In this document: piece after piece, positions 1 through 8,191 of the stretch
How positions within the stretch are numbered: position 1 is the first letter of the stretch
How the letters are laid out: each line of letters starts with the position of its first letter
Source: Pseudomonadota bacterium
GTDB taxonomy: Bacteria; Myxococcota; JACRCW01; JAFGSX01
Direction of reading: 5' to 3'
Assembly (NCBI GenBank): GCA_043821645.1
Contig: JBDRCO010000066.1
Span: forward strand, 1 to 49,569
Length of the DNA: 49,569 nucleotides
Translations under genes and position numbers: made by a program
Notes under the pieces: generated by a model
The model's database searches: none
Told to the model about the DNA's origin: nothing
The model's input: only the letters and a program-made list of their open reading frames with translations

Positions 1-83
1 CCCTCGCGCTGGATCTCGCGCTTCTCGTCGACGATACAGAAGTGACTCGACCTCTTGCCCATGTCCAGTCCACTAGAGTTCAC
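1..83 (-). CDS. IS110-family transposase, N-terminal fragment (runs off the window edge)
   Basis: Reverse strand from GTG at 83 reads MNSSGLDMGKRSSHFCIVDEKREIQREG. This matches the 'GlD.gk..h..cvvd..G' start of the IS110 DEDD domain. RBS AAAGGAG at about 90-96. Not in the ORF track. Confidence 0.8.
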   Translation of the reverse strand, partial: MNSSGLDMGKRSSHFCIVDEKREIQRE

Positions 84-180
84 GGTCGGCTCCTTTCCGC
101 TGTGCCTCGAGCACGTTGCTACGGGCTGTTTCCCACAACCACGATAGCGTCGGATTGGAGCCGGCCGCTTTACTCCATCA
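1..180 (-). mobile_element. Left end of an IS110/IS1111-family element (boundary approximate)
   Basis: About 95 nt of non-coding leader upstream of the transposase, with an imperfect inverted repeat GGTCGGCTCC (84-93) / GGAGCCGGCC (157-166). Lies just downstream of the stop of the 199..837 gene. Confidence 0.65.
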
Positions 181-198
181 GGCACCTGTTCGGTGGGT

Positions 199-837
199 CT
201 AGACCGCAGCTCGAAACCTCGCCCGGTACTTCTTCACCGCCTCGGCGTAGGTCGCCGCGTCCAGCACATAGCTCCAGCGCACCGCCTTGAGGCCTACGCC
301 GCAGCACGGGCAGTCGAGCAGTCGCTGCAGGCGATTGAGCTGGCGCAGTGCCGCTCTGTGGCCCGTCGCCTCGATCTTCTCGAACAGCTCGATGGCACGC
401 GGGGTGACCACCAGCTTGCCGCGCGTGGTCTTGAGCAGCCGCCCGGAGATCAGCCGGTTGATCGCTCCATGCAGCTCGTCGTGGGTCGGGATGGCGTGGT
501 TGAAGTAGTCCGCGGTCGAGATCAGCGCGTCGAGCTCCTGGGCCTCCCGCCTGCAACTGTAGAGCGCCGCGAGCAGGATCAAGGCGTCGGCGTCGAGCCA
601 CTCCGCTGGCCGCTGCGAACCCTTGGCGCGCCGGCGTGCAGCGGGTGTGAAGAACCACCGCTCGCCCACGGACGTGAGCGCTCCGTCGCGCTCAAGCTTT
701 CGCAGCAACTCGAGGAGCTGCTTCTTGGTGGGTTTGCCCTTGGTCCGCCAGGCCACACCGCGCCACGCGTCGTCGAGCGTGGTGCCGACGTTGCTGTTGT
801 ACGAGAGCACCTCGAGGACCGCCTGTTCGTTCGTCAT
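199..837 (-). CDS. Hypothetical protein, 212 aa, possibly two winged-helix-like segments
   Basis: ATG with GGAG RBS and natural composition. Segments 'LLELLRKLERDGAL' and 'LHGAINRLISGRLL' resemble wHTH helices; CPCC near the C-terminus. Confidence 0.7.
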   Translation of the reverse strand: MTNEQAVLEVLSYNSNVGTTLDDAWRGVAWRTKGKPTKKQLLELLRKLERDGALTSVGERWFFTPAARRRAKGSQRPAEWLDADALILLAALYSCRREAQELDALISTADYFNHAIPTHDELHGAINRLISGRLLKTTRGKLVVTPRAIELFEKIEATGHRAALRQLNRLQRLLDCPCCGVGLKAVRWSYVLDAATYAEAVKKYRARFRAAV

Positions 838-1017
838 CTCGACTCCGCCCGCCCATGCATCGGCGCTCGATCACACGCTGCGGCTCCCTCGGAGTGCCCC
901 CGGCGAAAGCTGCCAAGCACCTTGGGCGAGTACCTGTTTGAGAGCCTTGGTTCCTGGGACAAGAGCGCAAGGGTATCATCCCTGCTCTGCTGCGCGGGGC
1001 GGCCACAGAGGGTAGTC

Positions 1018-2055
1018 ATGAATCGTTGCGTGCTTTTTGTCACCGGCGTGTGGCTCGGATGTGCGGGTCCCAGACCTGCCGAGATTCCAGGTTCGGAGGA
1101 CACCCAGGCGAGGCTCCCTCCCGTCGAGTCGATACGCCAGGAGGCACGCACGCTCGAGGGCTGGGTGAAGACGCCACTCGCCAGACAGTTCCTGTCGACG
1201 GCCTCCGAGCTCCCCGCGGCCAGCAGGCGCATCGTCTACCTCGACCAGGTCAGGAGCCGCGGCTACACCCAGGCGCAGGCCGACGCCCTGCCCGCTGCCG
1301 AGCGCGCCGCGCTGGTCCGCAAGGACCTCGACGAGGAGTACTACTACTTCACCCGTTACGGCACGCCCGTCAGCTACACGCGAGCCGTCGAGGTGCTGGC
1401 CGAGCACGGCCTGTCCTCGCTCGAGGGCGTGAAGCTCGTGGACTTCGGCTATGGCTACATCGGTCACCTTCGCATGTTCGCGCTGCTGGGCGCCGACGCC
1501 ACGGGTATCGAGGTCGACCCGCTGCTGCCGGCCCTGTACTCGGCGCCGGGCGACACCGGCGTCATCACCTCGCGCTCGGGTCGGCAGGGCAGGCTGCGGC
1601 TCCTGGACGGACGCTTCCCCGCGGACGCTGCGGTGACCCGGAAGGTGGGCACGGGTTATGACCTGTTCTTGTCAAAGAACGTTCTGAAGAAGGGCTACGT
1701 GCACCCGAGCCAGCCCGTGGATCCGAAACGCACACTGCAGCTGGGGGTCGATGACGAGACCTATGTGCGCGCGGTGTGGAATCTGCTCAAGCCCGGTGGC
1801 CGGGCGATCCTGTACAACCTGTACCCGGCGCAGAATCCCGCCGGCCAGGAGTTCATCCCCTGGGCCGAGGGGACCACCCCGTTTTCGAAAGCGGCGTGGG
1901 AGCACGTCGGGTTCACGGTGCTCGCCTTCGACCTCGACGACAGCGCGAAGATCCGGGAGATGGCACAGCTGCTGGCCTGGGACAGGGGCGAGGACGCGAT
2001 GGACCTGCAAACCCTGTTTGCGGTCTACACCCTGGTCGAGAAGCCGGAGCGTTGA
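1018..2055 (+). CDS. Class I SAM-dependent methyltransferase-fold protein with a lipoprotein-like signal
   Basis: Motif I-like 'LVDFGYGYIG', then 'GIEVDP', 'YDLFLS' and 'LLKPGG'. N-terminus MNRCVLFVTGVWLGC. Confidence 0.7.
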   Translation: MNRCVLFVTGVWLGCAGPRPAEIPGSEDTQARLPPVESIRQEARTLEGWVKTPLARQFLSTASELPAASRRIVYLDQVRSRGYTQAQADALPAAERAALVRKDLDEEYYYFTRYGTPVSYTRAVEVLAEHGLSSLEGVKLVDFGYGYIGHLRMFALLGADATGIEVDPLLPALYSAPGDTGVITSRSGRQGRLRLLDGRFPADAAVTRKVGTGYDLFLSKNVLKKGYVHPSQPVDPKRTLQLGVDDETYVRAVWNLLKPGGRAILYNLYPAQNPAGQEFIPWAEGTTPFSKAAWEHVGFTVLAFDLDDSAKIREMAQLLAWDRGEDAMDLQTLFAVYTLVEKPER

Positions 2056-2142
2056 GCGGCGAGCTGGGTCCGGATAAAGAGCCCGCCAGGGCAGTGCCAG
2101 GCAGCTGTTTCGTGCTTCAGCAACATCCGGCGCGCACAACGA

Positions 2143-5100
2143 TCACCAGGACGCAAAAGCCGCGTCGCTGCACAGGCTCTCATCCACCAGGTCGCAGCCA
2201 TTGACCTGGTCGTTGCCGCCGCCAGGGTGGCAGGTGTCGCCGTCCCAGTTCCCCCACAGCTCGTCGTCGTCCGCGCCACCGCACAGCCGGTCCAACCCAG
2301 AGGTCGCGAACAGCCGATCGGCACCGTCGTCACCGCGCAAGAAGTCACCCCCCTCGCCGTCGCGCAGCCAGTCCACGCCACTGCCGCCACTCAAGCGATC
2401 GCGTCCGGCTTCACCGTAGAGGTCGTCATCGCCGGCGTCACCATACAGGGTGTCGTCGCCGTCGCCACCGAACAGGGTGTCGTCGCCACCGTCGCTGTAC
2501 AGCACGTCGTTGTGGGGGCCACCGCGCAAGAAGTCGTCACCTGCGCCGCCGTGCAGCTCGTCATCGCCCGGGCCACCGTCCATCTCGTCGTCGCCGGGGC
2601 CGCCTTCGAGGTAGTCATTGCCCTCACCGCCCCACAGCACATCGGGCGCACCGTCGAGCACCAGGCCCGCACCTTCCCCGTAGAGCTGATCGTTGCCGGC
2701 GCCGCCGTGGAGCTCGTCGAGGCCCTGTCCGCCCTGCAGCCTGTCGTTGCCACCGAGGCCCACCAGGCAGTCGTCGCCGCCCTTGCCATCGAGATCGTCG
2801 TCACCCTCGGTGCCGAGCAGCAGATCGTTGCCCGCCGTGCCCGGGCTGCTGACGAGGGAGATGGTGCACGGCGCGGTGCCACTGCAGCTCCAGCGGCCGC
2901 GACCGGTGTGTATGGTGACCCTGCCCGCATAGGCGTCCTGCAGCCAGGCCGCCCAGGGTCGCCCGCAGAACAAGCGCGGCATGTCGAGTGCGGCGCAGGG
3001 CAGGTAGGGGTCGTAGCTGGCACCGCTGGCTGGCCCGCTTTGCAGGATGGCCTGCAGACCCTGGTACCCGGGGCACTCGGGAGCCGCCAGCAGCTCCTGG
3101 TGGCGCGCACCGTCGGAGGTCAAGAAGAACAGGTTGTGCAACAGCATGTAGTCCAGGCCGTTGTATTCGCCGACAGGACGATGCTTGTTGCCAAAACGCT
3201 CGCCCGGGTTGGTGACGCGATTCTCGCCTTGCCAGCCATTGGCCTCGGCGCAGCCGGCGACGCCGTGGCAGGGACCCGAGCAGGGCGCCGAGCTCAGCAG
3301 AGATTCGATGCGCCAGGGCGCGAGGGACGCATCGACCTGGTGACCACGCAGCAGGCTGTGCAGTAGCGGGAAGTGCAGCTTGGCCGTGCCATTGGCGCGG
3401 CTCGCGATCAGATCGGGTCGCCAGTGATCGGTGATGGCGACCAGGGTGAAGGCCATGGTCTGGTTGAAGTGCTGCTGCACGGACCAGCTGGTCTCGAGGC
3501 CAACGAAGGACGGGATGCCGACGCTGCTGCTGAGGCTATCGCGATAGTCGGCGATGCCGGAGTCGGGAGCGCTGATCCAGTTGGCGGCGAGCGCGAGCTG
3601 GTCGCTGAGACCCAGTGCGTTGCCGCCCCACTGATCGGGGGGATGGTCGCCGTTGGGATCGGTGACCCGCCAGCCATTCTGGCGCAGGTGGTTCACCATC
3701 CGGTGCGTGGCCTCGCGCGCCTGCTGCCGCAGTGGCTGGCCCCGCACCACCACGTCGTCGGGGATCAGGTGCTTGACCAGGGCCATCCCCGTGAGCAGGT
3801 GCACGACCTGGTCCTGGCTGACGAAGTAACCATCGGCGAGGCTGCGTCCGCCTCGACAGGCGTCGCTCGAGGTGAGGCAGTCGTAGCCCTCGCGCGCCGC
3901 ATCCGGGTGCGGGTAGCGTCGGCTGCCGTCGGGCGTGAGGTAGAAATCCGCGGGCACGTCGTCGCGCTGAAAGAAGCCATCGCGGGCGGGTGTCACGCCG
4001 TAATGGGTCTCGGCGGTCTCGTCCACCTTGTCGAAGGCCGCCAGCGCATAGGCCAGGTCGGACAGGCTCTCGCTGTCGTCGAGGCCGACCCGCCGGAACA
4101 TTGCGACCTCGGTGGCGAGCACGGCGATGTACTGGCCAAGCCAGGCCGTGGCGTCGCCCCACTGCAGCATGCCCTGGGCGTCCGCGGGCTGGTCGAGCAG
4201 GCACTGTCCGCTGGTGACGAACCAGTCCTGGTGGCACAGCACCCCTGGGTCGCGGACCGAGGGCGGGATGCTCTGCCCGGGCTCCGGCCCGACCGACACG
4301 AAGCCAGGAAACTGGCGACTGCCGTTGCCGCGCAGGCGCAGGCGGTACCACAGGTACTTGGCAAACCAGCGTTCGGCTCCACAGGCGGGTGGATCGTGGA
4401 GCCAGGCGTTGTCGACGGACTGTGGGGAGGCGACCCAGGGAGGCTGCGGACCATCGCAGCGGCTGCTGCAGTGGCCGAGCTCGCCGTTGGCGGGGCCGTC
4501 GTCGCACAGCTCGCGTGCGGCGAAAAGGACGCCGTCGCCGCAGCGCGGGCCCGGTCCGCTGCAGTCGCCCAGGCACGCGCCGTAGCTGCCGTTGGCGGGG
4601 CCGTCATCGCACTGTTCGTGACCGATGTCGGTGACGCCGTCGCCGCAGCGGGATCCCGCGCCACTGCAATCGGCGGCACAGTGGCCGTAGCTGCCGTTGT
4701 GTTCACCGTCGTCGCACTGTTCGAACTGGGCGTACAGGATGTCGTCACCGCAGCGCAGCCCTGGCCCCTGGCAGTCCACCCGGCACGCGCCGTAGCCTCC
4801 GTTGGCCTGGCCATCGTCGCACTGCTCGTGTCCGGGCTGCACACTGCCGTCGCCACAGCGCGCGCCGGGGCCCAGGCAATCCAGGGTGCAGGAGCCGTAG
4901 CCACCGTTGCTGGCGCCGTCGTCACAGGCTTCGACAGGATCGTCGAGGCGGCCATCGCCACAGTGCGCGGCCCGGCTCTGGCAGTCGCTGCCGCACGCGC
5001 CGTAGCTGCCGTTGCGCTGGCCGTCGTCGCACAGCTCGGCCGGGCCATCGATCGCCCCGTCGCCGCAGGCGGGTCCAGGCCCCTGGCAGTCGGCGGCGCA

Positions 5101-5286
5101 GTGGCCGTAGCTGCCATTGGCCGGTCCGTCATCGCACCGCTCGCGCTCGCCTTGCAGCGTGCCATCGCCACAGCGGGCAGCCGAGGGCGAGGGGACGGTG
5201 CCTTCGCAGCTGCAGCTGTTCACGCTGCTGCCGAGGGCAAGGGCGACAAAGCCGAACAGCGCGGCATTGGGGGAGCAATGGTGCAT
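2143..5286 (-). CDS. Exported protein: 7 Myxococcus Cys-rich (DUF4215-like) repeats, an unknown central domain and RTX Ca-binding repeats
   Basis: Signal ending ..SCSC; seven 35-aa CGDG..CDDG..NG.YG.C..DC repeats; many C-terminal GGxGxDxLx nonapeptides. Confidence 0.9.
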   Translation of the reverse strand: MHHCSPNAALFGFVALALGSSVNSCSCEGTVPSPSAARCGDGTLQGERERCDDGPANGSYGHCAADCQGPGPACGDGAIDGPAELCDDGQRNGSYGACGSDCQSRAAHCGDGRLDDPVEACDDGASNGGYGSCTLDCLGPGARCGDGSVQPGHEQCDDGQANGGYGACRVDCQGPGLRCGDDILYAQFEQCDDGEHNGSYGHCAADCSGAGSRCGDGVTDIGHEQCDDGPANGSYGACLGDCSGPGPRCGDGVLFAARELCDDGPANGELGHCSSRCDGPQPPWVASPQSVDNAWLHDPPACGAERWFAKYLWYRLRLRGNGSRQFPGFVSVGPEPGQSIPPSVRDPGVLCHQDWFVTSGQCLLDQPADAQGMLQWGDATAWLGQYIAVLATEVAMFRRVGLDDSESLSDLAYALAAFDKVDETAETHYGVTPARDGFFQRDDVPADFYLTPDGSRRYPHPDAAREGYDCLTSSDACRGGRSLADGYFVSQDQVVHLLTGMALVKHLIPDDVVVRGQPLRQQAREATHRMVNHLRQNGWRVTDPNGDHPPDQWGGNALGLSDQLALAANWISAPDSGIADYRDSLSSSVGIPSFVGLETSWSVQQHFNQTMAFTLVAITDHWRPDLIASRANGTAKLHFPLLHSLLRGHQVDASLAPWRIESLLSSAPCSGPCHGVAGCAEANGWQGENRVTNPGERFGNKHRPVGEYNGLDYMLLHNLFFLTSDGARHQELLAAPECPGYQGLQAILQSGPASGASYDPYLPCAALDMPRLFCGRPWAAWLQDAYAGRVTIHTGRGRWSCSGTAPCTISLVSSPGTAGNDLLLGTEGDDDLDGKGGDDCLVGLGGNDRLQGGQGLDELHGGAGNDQLYGEGAGLVLDGAPDVLWGGEGNDYLEGGPGDDEMDGGPGDDELHGGAGDDFLRGGPHNDVLYSDGGDDTLFGGDGDDTLYGDAGDDDLYGEAGRDRLSGGSGVDWLRDGEGGDFLRGDDGADRLFATSGLDRLCGGADDDELWGNWDGDTCHPGGGNDQVNGCDLVDESLCSDAAFASW
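4450..5172 (-). repeat. Seven 105-bp coding repeats (CGDG..CDDG)
   Basis: 35-aa period visible in the translation; boundaries approximate. Confidence 0.85.
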
Positions 5287-5397
5287 GGCCCCAGGCTAGC
5301 ACGTCGGCGCCACCTCACCACGGGTGCGAGCGCCGCTGCGGGCCCGAAGAGTTTAAAAGGGAAGCTGTCCGCAGAACCGGCCCGGGGGGATGACGGG

Positions 5398-6048
5398 TCA
5401 GGGCGCGCGCAGACTCTGCAAGAAGGCCACCGTGGCCTGAAACGAGGTCTCCACGCGATCGAGAACGACGGCCGCGTTCCACATGCGGGCTTCAAGCGGC
5501 GGGTGCCTGGGACGCGTGCTCACCACGTTGCGGATGTTCCAGTCGGGAGTTTTGGGGGGGTCGAGCTCGCGGATCGCACGCGCCAGCTCGACGAAGGGCG
5601 CGTCGTCCCTGCTCGCGGCGACCTGCTCGATCAGCTCGTCGGAGAAAGGTCCGCGCCACAGTGGGTTGTCCTGTCGTGGCTCCCAGTCCCGCAGCAGCTC
5701 GTCGCGCCGGGCAGTCCAGCCGAGCACGAGGGAGCGCAGGGTGCCGGTGTGCATCCACGGTTCGCAATCAAAATGAAAGTGCAGCGCACCGTCGTGGGCG
5801 GGCACAAAGCCCTGGTCTCGCGCCAGCTCCAGCCATGGCCCGAGGACCCCGAGGCGCTCGCCAACCTCCAGCGGACGGGTCACCAGCTCAACCTCGCGCT
5901 CGCGACCACCGTGATAGGAGGAACGCGCGGCCACGGGAACGCCGGCGCCGTCAAACAGGACTCGCTCGTCGGTGAACCGCACACGGCGGCTTTGGCGCCG
6001 GTGCGAACCGCGAGAAGCGGACCTATGTCGACGAGGTTGCGCTACCAT
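5398..6048 (-). CDS. Putative amidoligase-family (COOH-NH2 ligase) protein, possibly N-terminally truncated
   Basis: Motifs 'EVELVTRPL', 'GALHFHFD' and 'LEAR' resemble the ELVSP / GLHVHvD / EfR motifs. No N-terminal 'GfEiE' motif is seen, and the start is uncertain. Confidence 0.55.
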   Translation of the reverse strand: MVAQPRRHRSASRGSHRRQSRRVRFTDERVLFDGAGVPVAARSSYHGGREREVELVTRPLEVGERLGVLGPWLELARDQGFVPAHDGALHFHFDCEPWMHTGTLRSLVLGWTARRDELLRDWEPRQDNPLWRGPFSDELIEQVAASRDDAPFVELARAIRELDPPKTPDWNIRNVVSTRPRHPPLEARMWNAAVVLDRVETSFQATVAFLQSLRAP

Positions 6049-6134
6049 GAGGAGAGACCGGAGCCGTGGCTTGAAGTGGAGAGGGTGTGGTCCAGCCAAC
6101 CGCTCCGCACACAACCGATCCGTACCGAAAGAAG

Positions 6135-6998
6135 ATGAACATGACAGCCATCACCCGACAGGGCGGAGTCATCCGGAATCAGCAGGCTAACCAAGCCACT
6201 GGGAGCGCTCCCAAGCCCGCCATCCGGCAGAGTGAGGCCCCGAAACAGTCCGAGACCTCGGGCGCGCAGATGGAGCACCAGGAGGATTACTCCCGAGCGA
6301 CTGGACAGATCCCGGACCAGGCAGCGCAGCCCCGGGTGGCCAGGGAGGAGGTGCTTCAGAACCGCCTTGCTGTGCTCAGTGCAAACCGCTTGACAGGCGG
6401 CAAGCTCCAGGAATTGACCCTCGACGGCGATCTGACGCCTGGTGAAGAAAAGCTTCTCAAGAGTCTGGTGCCCGCTGACCAGGCCAATTTTGTGGTCAAC
6501 GCGGCAGAGATGTACGCGGCGCGGGTGCGGGAGGAGTTCAAGTACATCGCAGACGCGGGGGTACTGGACGGGGGACGCGACAGGCCGACTCCCGAGAATG
6601 TCGAAAATGTCATGCGCAACTGGGTCAGCCTGCGCGCCGCCGCATCTGTTGCGCAGAACACCTCGCTGCTCAACCTGGACGAAGCGGGGCTTGGAAAAGA
6701 ACTCGCCGAGTACACCACGCTTCGCCCTGATGGTGGTCAAGCCCTGGCCAAGGAGCTGTTCCAGACAGCCAGTGCTCATCTCGGCCAGAACGATGCGGCG
6801 CAGGTGGCCCGGGCGTACACCCAAAATTTGAGCACCGAGGAGCTCGGGAGCCTGGATCTATCGACCCTGAATACGCTGCACGATGCGATGAACCGCGTCT
6901 ATCTCACCACGCCCGGAATGCAGGCGTACAACGGGCCGCAGAACAGTGCACAGCGCGAGCAAATGGCTCGCGTTGAACATGCCATGCGGCACAAGTAG
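6135..6998 (+). CDS. Hypothetical protein, about 287 aa, with a low-complexity N-terminus and helical body
   Basis: Long ORF with natural composition; ATG at 6135 or 6141 after a purine-rich run. Confidence 0.75.
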   Translation: MNMTAITRQGGVIRNQQANQATGSAPKPAIRQSEAPKQSETSGAQMEHQEDYSRATGQIPDQAAQPRVAREEVLQNRLAVLSANRLTGGKLQELTLDGDLTPGEEKLLKSLVPADQANFVVNAAEMYAARVREEFKYIADAGVLDGGRDRPTPENVENVMRNWVSLRAAASVAQNTSLLNLDEAGLGKELAEYTTLRPDGGQALAKELFQTASAHLGQNDAAQVARAYTQNLSTEELGSLDLSTLNTLHDAMNRVYLTTPGMQAYNGPQNSAQREQMARVEHAMRHK

Positions 6999-7383
6999 GG
7001 CTGCCTCTCTCGTTCGAAGCCAAGCGCATCAAAGAAGATTCCGCCGGCCCTGCTTGCTGAGCGGGCCAGGCGCACGCTCCTCGTCCTCGATGACACCCTT
7101 GTTCATCGATGCAGACACCATCCAGCAGCAGCGAGTGAGCGACGACGGGAAGGACCTGCACGACAGCAACAAGGTGCTGCATCCGTGCCGCAATGCCACC
7201 GCGCACGCGGCGCTGCGCACGCAGGTCGCCGTCCACCGAGCGCGACCGGACGGATGGCTGGTCGCAGCTCGCCTCCGTTGTGGGAACTCGACAGTCAGCG
7301 TATACGAACGAGTCCACTCACCCAGGTTGCGAGCGGCGCCGCGGATCGATTCGGCTGCAGCGGCCGCGCACAGGAGGATTGCC

Positions 7384-8172
7384 ATGCGGGTCTATCCACG
7401 ACACCCAAGACGTGTCGCGTCGCTGCTGCCAGTGGTCCTGGTGGCATGCTCGGGTCCACTGCTCTCGTGCGAGGGCTGCGGCGAATCGCCACCCGCGTCG
7501 GGTGACAGCGGCTTCGTTCTCGCCGACGCCTCGATCGATGGCGGTGTGGCCGCCCTGCCTCCGGCCGATCCCGTGGCCGGCCAGGAGACCGCGACCTTCT
7601 CGTTCCTCGGCCAGTCCGACGCGTTGAGCACCGCCCTCACCGACGCCTACGACGCCTACGTCGAGGCGCCGACCAACGAGAGTGAGATGCAGCAGCTCTT
7701 TGCCAGGCAAAAGAGCGCCATGCAGTACTTCGCGGCGCATCCGGACGATTCCGCGCAGAAGGTCGTGGACGAGCTCGCTGATCGCAGCCCGGTCGACGAA
7801 CGGTCGTGGCGGATCGGCTATCACCTGCTTGGGCTGTTCGAGAGCCAGCAGGGCATCACATTCCTGTACGACCAGGCAGCGGCGCCGGTGCCGGCCGACC
7901 CCGATCCACAGGACAGCGCCATGAGCCCGGCCGCGGTCAAGAGCCGGCTGCGTCGGGCCGCCGTGCATGCGCTGGGGAGCGTCGCGGTGCGCGGGAGCGC
8001 GAACGCCCGGAGCAAGCTGCTCGACCTGGTCGGGGTGGCGGGCGGCATCGACCTTAAGGCCGAGGCAGCCAAGGGTTTCTACGCCGCGAGCCCATCGCGC
8101 TCCAAGGCGAAGAAACTGCTCGAGGCCAAGCTCGGGCCCGAGGAGCGCTACCTGGTCAACGAAATTTTCTAG
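7384..8172 (+). CDS. Putative lipoprotein with a HEAT-like helical C-terminus
   Basis: AGGAGG RBS; lipobox VLVAC; 'RRAAVHALGSVA' and 'KAEAAKGF' look like HEAT helices. Confidence 0.8.
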   Translation: MRVYPRHPRRVASLLPVVLVACSGPLLSCEGCGESPPASGDSGFVLADASIDGGVAALPPADPVAGQETATFSFLGQSDALSTALTDAYDAYVEAPTNESEMQQLFARQKSAMQYFAAHPDDSAQKVVDELADRSPVDERSWRIGYHLLGLFESQQGITFLYDQAAAPVPADPDPQDSAMSPAAVKSRLRRAAVHALGSVAVRGSANARSKLLDLVGVAGGIDLKAEAAKGFYAASPSRSKAKKLLEAKLGPEERYLVNEIF

Positions 8173-8191
8173 TGAAACGAGGGAATTTATT

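Noticed and set aside
3373-6138. Long ORFs antisense to real genes (921 aa here; also 13789..16254, 22511..24436, 34273..36501)
   Set aside because: Shadow ORFs typical of high-GC DNA, lying opposite genes with clear motifs.
7030-7260. Possible PIN-toxin remnant ('AVALRHGCSTLL')
   Set aside because: Resemblance too short and split across frames.
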